A DNA stretch of 35,447 nt from assembly GCA_021162425.1 (NCBI GenBank), contig JAGGYQ010000074.1, positions 1 through 35,447 on the forward strand, given 5' to 3'. This document shows, in pieces, positions 26,913 through 35,447 of this stretch. The translations under genes and the position numbers were made by a program. Source of the stretch: Candidatus Aenigmatarchaeota archaeon. GTDB taxonomy: Archaea > Aenigmatarchaeota > Aenigmatarchaeia > QMZP01 > QMZT01. The notes under the pieces were generated by a model. That model ran no database searches. It was not told the origin of the DNA and saw only the letters and a program-made list of their open reading frames with translations. How positions within the stretch are numbered: the stretch's first letter is position 1; every line of letters starts with the position of its first letter.

Positions 26913-27569
26913 AACAACAATCCCTTTGTTCGTTATTTTATACGGGTGCAGCTTTTGAGAATGGTCAGAACCGCTGACCTTCCATATTTGTATCGCTCTT
27001 ACGAACGACACCTCGTTTCTCTCATAGTAAAGGACTATTACGCTATCTGTCACGAATTCTTCGACACCATATCTTGATATACCTGTTGTCCCCGGGACAA
27101 TTTCAGAGACAAGTATTGCCGTGCATCCGAGTCTTCTTAATATATTTGAAAGATTGAATATCATTCTTCTCAATTCGGCCTTGTCTCTCACATACAGACC
27201 AAGTGCTGAGATAGAATCTATTGCAATTCTCTGTGCGTTTATTTCTCTTACAGTTGATTCAAGAATATCAAAAACTTCCTCAACATGATACGGGTCATAT
27301 TTTATAAACTTAAACCTACCTTCTTTTTCAAATCTTTCAAAATCCCAGCCGAATTGCTTTACATTGTTCTTTATACTTTCAGGTGATTCCTCGAATGACA
27401 GGTATATTCCGTTCTCATTGAATTTGCTGAGTCCGTTATATATATATTGGGCACATAGTGTGGTTTTACCTGTTCCGCATGTGCCCGAAAGAAGGACAAG
27501 CTGACCTTTGGGTATCCCACCATTCATTATTTCATCAAGCCCAATAATGCCTGTTTTTATTCTCTCCAT
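26871..27569 (-). CDS. Single-domain KaiC/RAD55-like ATPase
   Basis: IKTGIIGLDEIMNGGIP, GTCGTGKT, YLSFEE, IDSIS, EEFVTDSVI. Confidence 0.9.
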   Translation of the reverse strand: MERIKTGIIGLDEIMNGGIPKGQLVLLSGTCGTGKTTLCAQYIYNGLSKFNENGIYLSFEESPESIKNNVKQFGWDFERFEKEGRFKFIKYDPYHVEEVFDILESTVREINAQRIAIDSISALGLYVRDKAELRRMIFNLSNILRRLGCTAILVSEIVPGTTGISRYGVEEFVTDSVIVLYYERNEVSFVRAIQIWKVSGSDHSQKLHPYKITNKGIVVLPHEEAFMKSNTL

Positions 27570-27628
27570 GCGAAACCACGTAATTTATTAATAAATATTA
27601 CTTAATAAATTTCTGCCCCCTGATATAT

Positions 27629-27913
27629 TCACCTTATCATGCTGAAAGCCAATACCAGACCTAAAACAACGGATGCGATAACAAATATTATCACCTCTTT
27701 CCCTGCTTTTAGGATGTATTTCATCAAAAAATAAACAACACATGAAATCAGAATAACAGATATTGCTGCCGCAGGGAGTCCTCCTATAGATACAACGCGC
27801 AAAATTGAGACAATTAATTCACCGAAAAGACTAAGCACGGATTTTAGCGTATTCATGGTGTTCCCTAATAAAAGCAGAATCATTTTCATTATTATAGCCA
27901 TAGGTGAATCCAT
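27629..27913 (-). CDS. Small membrane protein (~94 aa); start reassigned to just after the fen stop
   Basis: Hydrophobic helices; ATG a few nt downstream of the fen stop codon. Confidence 0.6.
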   Translation of the reverse strand: MDSPMAIIMKMILLLLGNTMNTLKSVLSLFGELIVSILRVVSIGGLPAAAISVILISCVVYFLMKYILKAGKEVIIFVIASVVLGLVLAFSMIR

Positions 27914-27917
27914 AGCA

Positions 27918-28940
27918 TCAACCAAACCATTTATGCAGGCCTGTCTGCCTAGTCTTCCTGCTTTTTTCAAGTCTATCTATACTGTTATTCACCCTTTCTT
28001 CAGAGAAGTCAAAATCCAGCATAAGTTGCTTTAATTTTTCAAAATCTGGACACGCTTTTGGTATCTCGCATTCATCTACGGGCGGATTTTTGAAAAAATC
28101 AAAAATTTCTTTAGGCGAAATGTCAAATTCCCATTCTATGCTTGCAAATACATTGTCGAAATCTGCCCTTTCTTTTACTATCTTGAGCGCATTTTTGGGA
28201 CCTATTCCCTTCACACCACCGGGATTATAATCTGTCCCAACAAGTATTCCTATAATTATGAGCTGGTCATGGTTAATGCCGAGTTGTTCAAGGACGGATT
28301 TCAACTCTATAATCTCTGGGTTTATCTCCACGTAACTCTCTTTTTTTGGGACTTTTCTTTTGCCTGTAATTGTGAGGTTTTTTATCATTCTCGGTGCGCC
28401 GAACAGGAGTGAATCCCAGTCTTGGGATGCGGATGCCCATGCAAGACCTTTTTTTGTTAAATATGCTGCCTGGGCTTCACCCTCAGAGGGCGCCTGTATG
28501 AAGGGAATGCCCATGTATTCGAGAAGTTTTTTTGATTGATTTATCATATCGTCTGTCAGTCTGGCTGTGGCCTGCGCGTACAACCTAATTTTTTCAACAT
28601 CACCTTCTGCTTTTGCCTTCTCGAGCTTCTTCTCGGCTTCCCTCTTTGTTTCAGTCCTTTTTTCGAGAGTTTTTGCCTTGAATTCGGGTGATTTGCCATC
28701 GAAAACATAGACAGGATTTATTCCATTCTCCACAAGCTTGATGGTTCTGTAAAACAAACCTGACAGATGAGATGTTACCCGACCTTTAGAGTCTTTTAAA
28801 GGTTCGCCTGTGAAACGGTCTCTTATTATGGACAAGAACTGATAGAGAATGTTGTAGGCATCTATTGCTATGGTTTTACCTGCAAGGTTGTTCAATTCAA
28901 TTTCATTCCCTGCGATGATATCTGACAGGTTCACGCCCAT
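27918..28940 (-). CDS. fen: Flap endonuclease 1
   Basis: MGV start, IDAYNILYQFL, TSHLSGLFYR, APSEGEAQAA, GTDYNPGG, C-terminal PIP box QTGLHKWF. Confidence 0.98.
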   Translation of the reverse strand: MGVNLSDIIAGNEIELNNLAGKTIAIDAYNILYQFLSIIRDRFTGEPLKDSKGRVTSHLSGLFYRTIKLVENGINPVYVFDGKSPEFKAKTLEKRTETKREAEKKLEKAKAEGDVEKIRLYAQATARLTDDMINQSKKLLEYMGIPFIQAPSEGEAQAAYLTKKGLAWASASQDWDSLLFGAPRMIKNLTITGKRKVPKKESYVEINPEIIELKSVLEQLGINHDQLIIIGILVGTDYNPGGVKGIGPKNALKIVKERADFDNVFASIEWEFDISPKEIFDFFKNPPVDECEIPKACPDFEKLKQLMLDFDFSEERVNNSIDRLEKSRKTRQTGLHKWFG

Positions 28941-28976
28941 GTATATTTTTTGGTTTTTTGATTTAAATCCATCTTG

Positions 28977-29315
28977 TTATGTCGTATGTATTATAGCAAC
29001 TGCCCTTTTCCCATCAGAAATAAACGCATTGAACATATCAACCGCCTTGTGCGAAACCTCTTTGAATATTTTAACTCCTCTGTCTTCTGCTGATATAGTT
29101 GTTTCTTCGGGGACGCCTAACGCGCCATCTATTCCCGTGCCGACCACAATAATTTCTGGCTTTCTCTCAAATATTTTCAAAAATTCGTTTATGTCAAACT
29201 TGTGAGATTTTTTCCTGTATTCTACTCTGCCATCCCAGTACACTATCACGTCGGAATAATAAATTTTTCCGTCAACAGAGATTTCACCAAACTTTACATA
29301 ATCAATTCTAACCAT
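28977..29315 (-). CDS. Mth938/DUF498-like protein (112 aa); start reassigned to ATG 29315
   Basis: IDYVKFGEISVDGKIYYSDVIV, PEIIVVGTG, AIIHTT; the longer ORF-track start overlaps the tRNA. Confidence 0.88.
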   Translation of the reverse strand: MVRIDYVKFGEISVDGKIYYSDVIVYWDGRVEYRKKSHKFDINEFLKIFERKPEIIVVGTGIDGALGVPEETTISAEDRGVKIFKEVSHKAVDMFNAFISDGKRAVAIIHTT

Positions 29316-29337
29316 ATCTATAATTGTTTCGTTGGAT

Positions 29338-29347
29338 AAAAAAAGAA
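29338..29347 (-). terminator. Oligo-T tract after tRNA-Gln
   Basis: TTCTTTTTTT directly follows the discriminator base. Confidence 0.5.
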
Positions 29348-29420
29348 TAGCCCGGCGCGGATTCGAACCGCGGTCTCCAGGTCCAGAGCCTGGCATCCTT
29401 GGCCGCTAGACTACCGGGCT
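29348..29420 (-). tRNA. tRNA-Gln(CUG), intronless, CCA not encoded
   Basis: Acceptor AGCCCGG/CCGGGCT plus A73; anticodon arm CCAGG-CT-CTG-GA-CCTGG; T arm CGCGG-TTCGAAT-CCGCG. Confidence 0.97.
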
Positions 29421-29542
29421 GTGATACAAATTTATATGTGATAAAATCTTTTAAATATCTCTACAAAAGATAAACGTATTGGTGTGGAGAATGCTGTTGA
29501 ATTCTTTGTGTCGTGCAAACTTTAAAAAACTCTGACATTTTT

Positions 29543-29564
29543 AATAATCGGTGAATAATCGGTG
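29543..29564 (+). repeat. Tandem 11-nt duplication AATAATCGGTG x2 carrying the aRF1 SD
   Basis: Exact repeat; each copy with the following A gives GGTGA. Confidence 0.8.
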
Positions 29565-29569
29565 ATTTT

Positions 29570-32323
29570 ATGACGTCAAAGAAAGAGCTTGCGAAAAGAA
29601 GGCTGAAGGATTTAGTTGAAGAACTCGAAAATATCAAGGGAAGGCATACAGAATTGGTTTCGGTCTACATTCCTGCTGGTTACAACATCAACAAGGTTGC
29701 TGAGCAAATCAACATGGAGAAATCGACTGCTCAGAACATAAAGTCGAAGACTGTGAGAAAGAATGTTCTGGCTGCATTGGAGAAAATAACGCAACACTTG
29801 AAATTATACAAACAAACACCAGAAAATGGTCTTGTTATATTTTGTGGAAACGTCTCCGAACGCGAAGGCGTCGCAGACATCGAGCTTTTCGCCCTCGAGC
29901 CTCCTGAACCTCTGAACCAGAAGCTCTATTGGTGTGACCAAAAGTTTGTTCTGGACCCGCTTAAAGACATGATAAGGGAAAAAGAGGTTTATGGTATAAT
30001 AGTTCTTGATAAATCGGAGGCCGATATAGGTATATTGAAAGGGAAGAAAATAATACCAGTAAAACACATGGAATCGCTCGTCCCTGGAAAAACGGATAAG
30101 GGGGGCTGGTGTGTCCATGAAAATACATTATTATTATTGTCTGATGGTCGAATAGAGAAAATAAAAAATATAGGTGAAAGGAAATTCGTTTGTTACGATT
30201 TCAGAAGTATTAGCATTAAACATGCACGACATAACCATTTCTTTGAGAGAAAAGCAGAAAAAGCGTATCTCATAGAAACAAAATCACCGACATTTTCAAT
30301 AGTTGTGACACCTGAACATAAATTTTTTGTACCAGATGCAAACGGATTTGGTGAAAAATCAGCGGAAGAACTTCAAATTGGAGATAATATACTTCTGCTT
30401 AAAAGAGTTGATGTGGAAGGTAAAACAATCCACCTGAATGTGGATATACCCTATGATATAGCAATAAAGAAAAAAGGAAGGATGTTTTTGGTTAAAAGAA
30501 GAAAAGAAATGGGTTTATCACAAAAAGATGTTGCCAGAAGATTATCTCTATCCCAGACTTTAATATCTAAATTTGAAAATGGAGAACGCAATTTATCACA
30601 AGAGAATTTGAAAAAGATATTGGGTCTTTACAACATAAGATTCGATGAATTCGAAAAGAAATACATAATGAAGAAAAAAATAATATCATTCCCGAAAAAA
30701 CTGAATTATGATTTCTTAATGTTTTTAGGTTATGTGATTGGTGACGGTAACAGAGATAAAAACAGAATAGTTATTTCTGAAAAAAATGTGAGGATAGCAA
30801 AATATTATAAGAAAATAATCGAAAAACTGTTCTCTGTGAATGCGGGATTGAGGAAAAGGGAAGACAAAAATTACTGGGAGATAAAAATTTACAGTAAACA
30901 CGTTCTTGATATAATCAGCAAATTGTATCCGGAGATATTGATACCAAACAAAAAAGATATACCTGATGATATCCTTATGGTAAAAAACAAAGAACTTTCA
31001 GGGTTCATACGTGGATTTTACGATGCAGAAGGTTGGGTAGACGAAAAATCAGGTTTTATAGGTGTCACGGTCAACAGGAAATGTATACTTGAAAAACTTC
31101 AATTGACATTTCTTAGATTTGGTATTGTTTCGTCTCTTTCAGAAGTCAAAAATAGAAACACATATGCGAAACGATATTCGCTGAAGATAACGGATATAAA
31201 TTCCATTAAAAATTTCTATAAATACATAGGATTCACATCAAACGAAAAGATGAGAAAAATTGATAAAATAATAAAAAGAAAGAGTTTATCCTATATCGAT
31301 CAGGTTCCTGTTTCAGGTGTTTATATTAGATTGCTTGCAAATAAACTTGGTTTGACAGCAGGGGATTTCCCGAAAGTTCAGGATTTCTTCTACGATAAAA
31401 AGAATATGGGTTATGATGTATTCAAAAAGAATATATTGCCCGTTTTTGAAAAAACAGTTAGACGAAAACCCACAAAAGAAGCGAAAAGGATATTGCAATT
31501 CTTGAAATCAATTTTACATTCGAATGCCATATCAGCTAGGATATCATCTAAAAAAATCGTTAGATCGAAAGATTGCTTTTACGATATGGAAGTTTTGAAA
31601 TACAATAGTTTTGTTGCCAACGGCATAATCCTGCATAATTCCCAAGCACGCTATGCCAGAATACGAGAGGGCTTGCTCAACGATTTTCTCAAGCAGGTGG
31701 GTGAAACTGCTTCCAAGCAATTTTCAGAGCTTCGTGACCTTAAAGGCATAATAATAGGTGGACCCGGCCCTGTGAAAGATCAATTTGCTGAAGGCGAATA
31801 TTTACGGTATGACTTCAAACAGAAAGTTTTGGGTATCGTTAACACATCGTACACAGGTGAATACGGTCTTCATGAAACCATAGAAAGGGCAGAAGATGTC
31901 CTTAAAGAAGCGTCATACATGCATGAGAAAAAACTTCTGGATAGATTTTTTGCAGAGCTCGGAAAAGACAACGGACTTGTTGTTTACGGCCTGAAAGAGG
32001 TTGTGCAAATGCTTAAGTCAGGGAATATTGAAACACTTTTAATATCAGAAGGGTTTGATTGGGTCAAGGCAAGGGTTCGCTGCCCCAAATGCGGGGAAGA
32101 AAAAGAACTTTTGATGGAAAGAAAACACTTGGAAGGCAAGAAATGCCCAAAATGCGATGAATTGTATGAAATAATTGAAGAAAAGAGCCTGACAGATGAA
32201 ATAATAAAAATTGCAGAGGAAATGGGAACAAACGTTGAAATAATATCATCGGATACAAAAGAAGGTTCGCAGTTTAAGGAACTGGGGGGCATAGGCGGGA
32301 TACTCAGATACAAGATTCAATAA
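29570..32323 (+). CDS. prf1: Peptide chain release factor aRF1 precursor with intein (mature 407 aa)
   Basis: HTELVSVYIP, TAQNIKS, YWCDQKF, GGPGP, TSYTGEYG, CPKC..CPKC, LGGIGGILRY. Confidence 0.95.
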   Translation: MTSKKELAKRRLKDLVEELENIKGRHTELVSVYIPAGYNINKVAEQINMEKSTAQNIKSKTVRKNVLAALEKITQHLKLYKQTPENGLVIFCGNVSEREGVADIELFALEPPEPLNQKLYWCDQKFVLDPLKDMIREKEVYGIIVLDKSEADIGILKGKKIIPVKHMESLVPGKTDKGGWCVHENTLLLLSDGRIEKIKNIGERKFVCYDFRSISIKHARHNHFFERKAEKAYLIETKSPTFSIVVTPEHKFFVPDANGFGEKSAEELQIGDNILLLKRVDVEGKTIHLNVDIPYDIAIKKKGRMFLVKRRKEMGLSQKDVARRLSLSQTLISKFENGERNLSQENLKKILGLYNIRFDEFEKKYIMKKKIISFPKKLNYDFLMFLGYVIGDGNRDKNRIVISEKNVRIAKYYKKIIEKLFSVNAGLRKREDKNYWEIKIYSKHVLDIISKLYPEILIPNKKDIPDDILMVKNKELSGFIRGFYDAEGWVDEKSGFIGVTVNRKCILEKLQLTFLRFGIVSSLSEVKNRNTYAKRYSLKITDINSIKNFYKYIGFTSNEKMRKIDKIIKRKSLSYIDQVPVSGVYIRLLANKLGLTAGDFPKVQDFFYDKKNMGYDVFKKNILPVFEKTVRRKPTKEAKRILQFLKSILHSNAISARISSKKIVRSKDCFYDMEVLKYNSFVANGIILHNSQARYARIREGLLNDFLKQVGETASKQFSELRDLKGIIIGGPGPVKDQFAEGEYLRYDFKQKVLGIVNTSYTGEYGLHETIERAEDVLKEASYMHEKKLLDRFFAELGKDNGLVVYGLKEVVQMLKSGNIETLLISEGFDWVKARVRCPKCGEEKELLMERKHLEGKKCPKCDELYEIIEEKSLTDEIIKIAEEMGTNVEIISSDTKEGSQFKELGGIGGILRYKIQ
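30110..31639 (+). mobile_element. Intein (510 aa) with LAGLIDADG homing endonuclease and inserted XRE-type HTH
   Basis: N-terminal CVHENT, block B TPEHKF, LGYVIGDG and FIRGFYDAEG, HTH MGLSQKDVARRLSLSQTLISKFENG, C-terminal FVANGIILHN followed by Ser. Confidence 0.95.
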
Positions 32324-32820
32324 CCAAACTTTTTTTCATAGACTCCAAACACGACAAGGGACACCGCTATCCCAAGAATACCACCTGCAAATATATCCAC
32401 AAGATAGTGAAGACCCAGAAAATATCTTGAAAGCGCAATCAACGAAGGAATCAGAAAAATCAACAGAGACATCTTTTTATCCCTAAAACCTAAATATAAC
32501 GACGTGAAAACAGCAAATGCTATGGATGCATGACCTGACGGGAATGAGGAGTTACCCTGACATAGAGGATTGCAAACAGGCGAAATAGAACATGGTGTGC
32601 ATGGTCTTTTTGTGTACCATGCGGTCTTTATAAATAATACCATACCAGATGCTATCCAAACGCTAAACACAAGGACTGTTATGGTCTTTTTGATTTGTCT
32701 GCGTTTCTCCTTTGGGATTTTTTTTCTTATTAAAGAAATATAGCATAGTGGCAGCAGACCTGTTATAAGCAACCACAACATCGGTTCTCCTGCCAATGTG
32801 AGCAAATACCAAATGTTCAT
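32317..32820 (-). CDS. PAP2-family membrane phosphatase
   Basis: K......RP, SFPSGHAS, SRYFLGLHYLVD. Confidence 0.92.
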   Translation of the reverse strand: MNIWYLLTLAGEPMLWLLITGLLPLCYISLIRKKIPKEKRRQIKKTITVLVFSVWIASGMVLFIKTAWYTKRPCTPCSISPVCNPLCQGNSSFPSGHASIAFAVFTSLYLGFRDKKMSLLIFLIPSLIALSRYFLGLHYLVDIFAGGILGIAVSLVVFGVYEKKFGY

Positions 32821-32853
32821 ACAAAAAATAAGTTCTTATTCTTATTTATGTTT

Positions 32854-33852
32854 TTATTGCTGGGATGTGAGCATGATATCTTTTATCTCGGCATACTCTT
32901 TTTCATCAGTCTTTCTGAAAGATTTTCTGAACATGATGAGCCTTTTCTTCGGTCCTGGTAGCGAACCTTCTAATAATACGTAGTTCTTTGGGACCACACC
33001 GTAATTTACGAACCCACCTTTTGGCTGTATACCATCATTGCCTATTTTGACTATTTTTTTGTTATACTCTGTTCTTGTCTGGAAGCCGAGTTGACCCGCC
33101 ATTGGTATCTTACCAGGTAAAACTCTTCCGGGTGTAACAGGTCCGAGAGTGCCAATATGCCTTCTTTTAAGTTTGTTTTTTCTGCTTCTTATCTTGACCC
33201 CAAATCTTTTTACGACACCCTGTGTGCCTTTACCTTTCGTTACCGCCTTTGCATCGATGTATTCACCTTCGGAAAAGACTTCGGATACATCCAATTCTTT
33301 GCCAAGTTTGTCTTTTGCGTAGTTCCATTTTTCTTCAACAGAGCCTGTGAGGTCTATCTCAAAAATTTCAGGTTTTTTCTTTTTTAGACCAGAATCTTTT
33401 GGTTGTGTGTGGACAAGTAAACGTATGTCCTCTATCTCTTTTATTTTATCATCAAAATCGCTTGGTTTTTTGTCTATTTTCTTGGGTATGTCCATCTTTC
33501 TTGACAGTTCTTTCTTCAGGTTGTTTATGTATATCACGGCATGTTCTTTTAATCCATGCTCAGTTTTTTTGTACAGTTTAACTCCAAAAACGAACAACGG
33601 TGGACAATCGATGACGGTTACAGGTTTTGCGATTTCCTGTCCCTGTGTCGGTGAACCTTTCCTCGTATCAACTATGAACACCTGTGTCATGCCTGCTTTG
33701 TATCCGGCGAATTCGAGTGGTTTGACCTCTTTCGCATTTCTCGCAATTCTTTCCAATTCTTTGGAGTGTTTAAATCTAGGGTAAATTCTCTTCGCCCGCT
33801 TCCTTGGCCAGAATGCACGCGAACCTGCAATAGGTTTGTGATCTTTAACCAT
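32854..33852 (-). CDS. rpl3: 50S ribosomal protein uL3
   Basis: GSRAFWPRKRA, FAGYKAGMT, TKGKGTQGVVKRFG, AGQLGFQTRTEYNK. Confidence 0.97.
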   Translation of the reverse strand: MVKDHKPIAGSRAFWPRKRAKRIYPRFKHSKELERIARNAKEVKPLEFAGYKAGMTQVFIVDTRKGSPTQGQEIAKPVTVIDCPPLFVFGVKLYKKTEHGLKEHAVIYINNLKKELSRKMDIPKKIDKKPSDFDDKIKEIEDIRLLVHTQPKDSGLKKKKPEIFEIDLTGSVEEKWNYAKDKLGKELDVSEVFSEGEYIDAKAVTKGKGTQGVVKRFGVKIRSRKNKLKRRHIGTLGPVTPGRVLPGKIPMAGQLGFQTRTEYNKKIVKIGNDGIQPKGGFVNYGVVPKNYVLLEGSLPGPKKRLIMFRKSFRKTDEKEYAEIKDIMLTSQQ

Positions 33853-33861
33853 AATTACACC

Positions 33862-34254
33862 CTATACTCTTCTTCCAGAACGACCGCCTGGTTTTCTTGT
33901 TGTGTCGTGGGGAATTGGTGTCACATCTTCTATCCTGCCTATTTTCAGACCTGTTCTGACAAGCGCACGAATAGCAGGTTGTGCACCAGGACCGGGTATT
34001 TTTCTTTTGTGACCGCCCTGTGCGCGTATTTTCAAGTGAACGCCAACTACACCTTTGCTCAACGCTTCTTCCGCTGCTTTCTTTGCAGCTTTCATGGCAG
34101 GGAACGGTGAACCTTTGTCTTTGTCCCTGTTTGTTATCATACCGCCTGAATAACGGGCGATTGTCTCAGCTCCCGTGAGGTCTGTAATGTGGACAATTGT
34201 GTTGTTAACCGACGAATAGATATGCGCTATGCCCCATTTATCTTCTTTTGTCAT
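33862..34254 (-). CDS. rps11: 30S ribosomal protein uS11
   Basis: [44 protein letters not shown]. Confidence 0.98.
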   Translation of the reverse strand: MTKEDKWGIAHIYSSVNNTIVHITDLTGAETIARYSGGMITNRDKDKGSPFPAMKAAKKAAEEALSKGVVGVHLKIRAQGGHKRKIPGPGAQPAIRALVRTGLKIGRIEDVTPIPHDTTRKPGGRSGRRV

Positions 34255-34258
34255 GTCA

Positions 34259-34711
34259 TCACTCCTTTACCTCTACCTTATTTTCTTTATCGATGGGAAC
34301 AAGATAAGAAGGGAATATATTTTTCCTTCCATTGACGTAAATATGACCATGAACTATTTTTTGTCTTGCCTCTTTTACTGTCTTTGCAAGTCCTTTTTTA
34401 TGCACTATCGTTTGAAGTCTTCTGTTTAGTATGTCGCTGACAGTTAAAGATAAAATATCTTCCAGACCGCACCCTTTTTGTAGCAGCCCGAGCTGAATTA
34501 ATTTGTCGGTGAGTATTTTTATTTCGTTTTCGTCTTTTTTGGCGATGAGGCTTCTTGCCCTTCTTCTGAAGTTACGGAGTATTTCTTCAGCTCTCCATAT
34601 TTCCTTTTTTCTTCTTAAACCGAATTTACTCATAAGTTGTTTCTCTTCTTCTATTCTTTTTGTGTCCCACGGCCTCTTCGGTCTTTTGTATTTTCTCTTT
34701 AATCTTCTCAT
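34259..34711 (-). CDS. rps4: 30S ribosomal protein uS4
   Basis: [40 protein letters not shown]; ATG overlaps the rps13 stop (TGATG). Confidence 0.97.
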   Translation of the reverse strand: MRRLKRKYKRPKRPWDTKRIEEEKQLMSKFGLRRKKEIWRAEEILRNFRRRARSLIAKKDENEIKILTDKLIQLGLLQKGCGLEDILSLTVSDILNRRLQTIVHKKGLAKTVKEARQKIVHGHIYVNGRKNIFPSYLVPIDKENKVEVKE

Positions 34712-35205
34712 CACCTACCACCTTTCTTTCTGCTGACACCAACTGTCCTACCTTTTCTGAATGAACCTCTTGTTCGCTGTCCCCTCACCGGTAGCCCAAG
34801 TGAGTGTCTTACGCCTCTGTATGATCTCAATTTCTTTTCTCTGTCTATATCAAGTTTCTTGGTTATTTCTAACTGAGAGCCGGTGAGATGTTTATTTTCG
34901 CCTGTTTCGAAATCCTTTCGCCTGTTATACAACCATGAAGGTATACCGTGCTTCGAAGGATTATTTATTATGTCCTCGATTTTTGCTATTTCTTCGTCTG
35001 AAAGTTCGCCAAGTCTTTTGTTACCAAGACCAGAAACATACGCTACTGCGTTTGCAAATGAGAATGATACGCCCTTTATTCCACGCAAAGCTACCGAAAC
35101 CCGTTTGTTGCCATCGAGATTACTCTCGCCAAGTCTGATAATGCTTTTCTTCTCCTTGCCATGCTTGATGTCTGGCGAGGGTTTTTCTTTGTCTGTTTTT
35201 GGCAT
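34711..35205 (-). CDS. rps13: 30S ribosomal protein uS13
   Basis: ALRGIKGVS, IPSWLYNRRKD, YRGVRHSLGLPVRGQRTR. Confidence 0.97.
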   Translation of the reverse strand: MPKTDKEKPSPDIKHGKEKKSIIRLGESNLDGNKRVSVALRGIKGVSFSFANAVAYVSGLGNKRLGELSDEEIAKIEDIINNPSKHGIPSWLYNRRKDFETGENKHLTGSQLEITKKLDIDREKKLRSYRGVRHSLGLPVRGQRTRGSFRKGRTVGVSRKKGGR

Positions 35206-35447
35206 ATTGGCACCTTTCAGTAGTATTGTAATGACAAATTATATAAATGAATATTTAAATATTACTTTGGGCTACCAAATTTTGAAGCGAATACGGTTTT
35301 GATTCCAATCTATTTAACCCCTCTTTTATGGGGCGTGTCTAAAAAATAACCCCGTTCTCCATCGCTCCCCTATTAGCAGAATCGTTAGGCTGAGAAGATG
35401 GATTTGTGTTTGAAACCGTTCCTTTACGAAAAATATTTTTTCGGACT

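Noticed and set aside
29316-29396. N-terminal extension of the Mth938-like ORF
   Set aside because: It overlaps the tRNA-Gln gene; the domain begins at MVRIDY.
29348-29420. Intron or split arrangement in tRNA-Gln
   Set aside because: It folds as a complete 73-nt cloverleaf.
29570-32323. Alternative genetic code implied by the unusual aRF1
   Set aside because: Conserved genes end at expected positions with TAA and TGA, TAG also ends ORFs, and the decoding motifs are intact.
567-35302. Many short antisense or nested ORFs in the track (e.g. 9774-10340, 15224-15676, 33347-33784)
   Set aside because: They are shadows of well-supported genes and have no recognisable motifs.

Overview
Gene-dense, AT-rich archaeal chromosome segment, most likely DPANN: it has a single-chain PriS-PriL primase, archaeal-type ThrRS, aRF1, FEN1, tRNA-Gln with A1-U72 and broken-up operons. 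Contents: a type IV pilus/Tad cluster, two KaiC-like ATPases, a ~1176-aa membrane/surface protein, ndk/adk, separated porA and porB, thrS, primase, DRG GTPase, a Kef antiporter, ksgA, fen, tRNA-Gln(CUG), intein-containing aRF1 and rps13-rps4-rps11-rpl3. Three features not evident from the ORF track stand out. (1) A small minus-strand CPxCG zinc-finger gene (22358-22513) is interrupted by a 39-nt insertion containing a stop codon. The insertion is bounded by a near-canonical bulge-helix-bulge motif whose standard cut sites restore C-P-K-C-G-S, so it is a probable mRNA intron removed by the tRNA-splicing endonuclease; a competing hairpin covers its 5' splice site. (2) A 14-codon leader peptide, MNSGFTTTTTTKLA, with mutually exclusive helices lies upstream of thrS, a probable ribosome-mediated threonine attenuator in an archaeon. 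(3) aRF1 has GGWSQ instead of GGQ, and that loop is split by a 510-aa LAGLIDADG/HTH intein. All calls come from reading the sequence by eye; no searches or folding programs were run.
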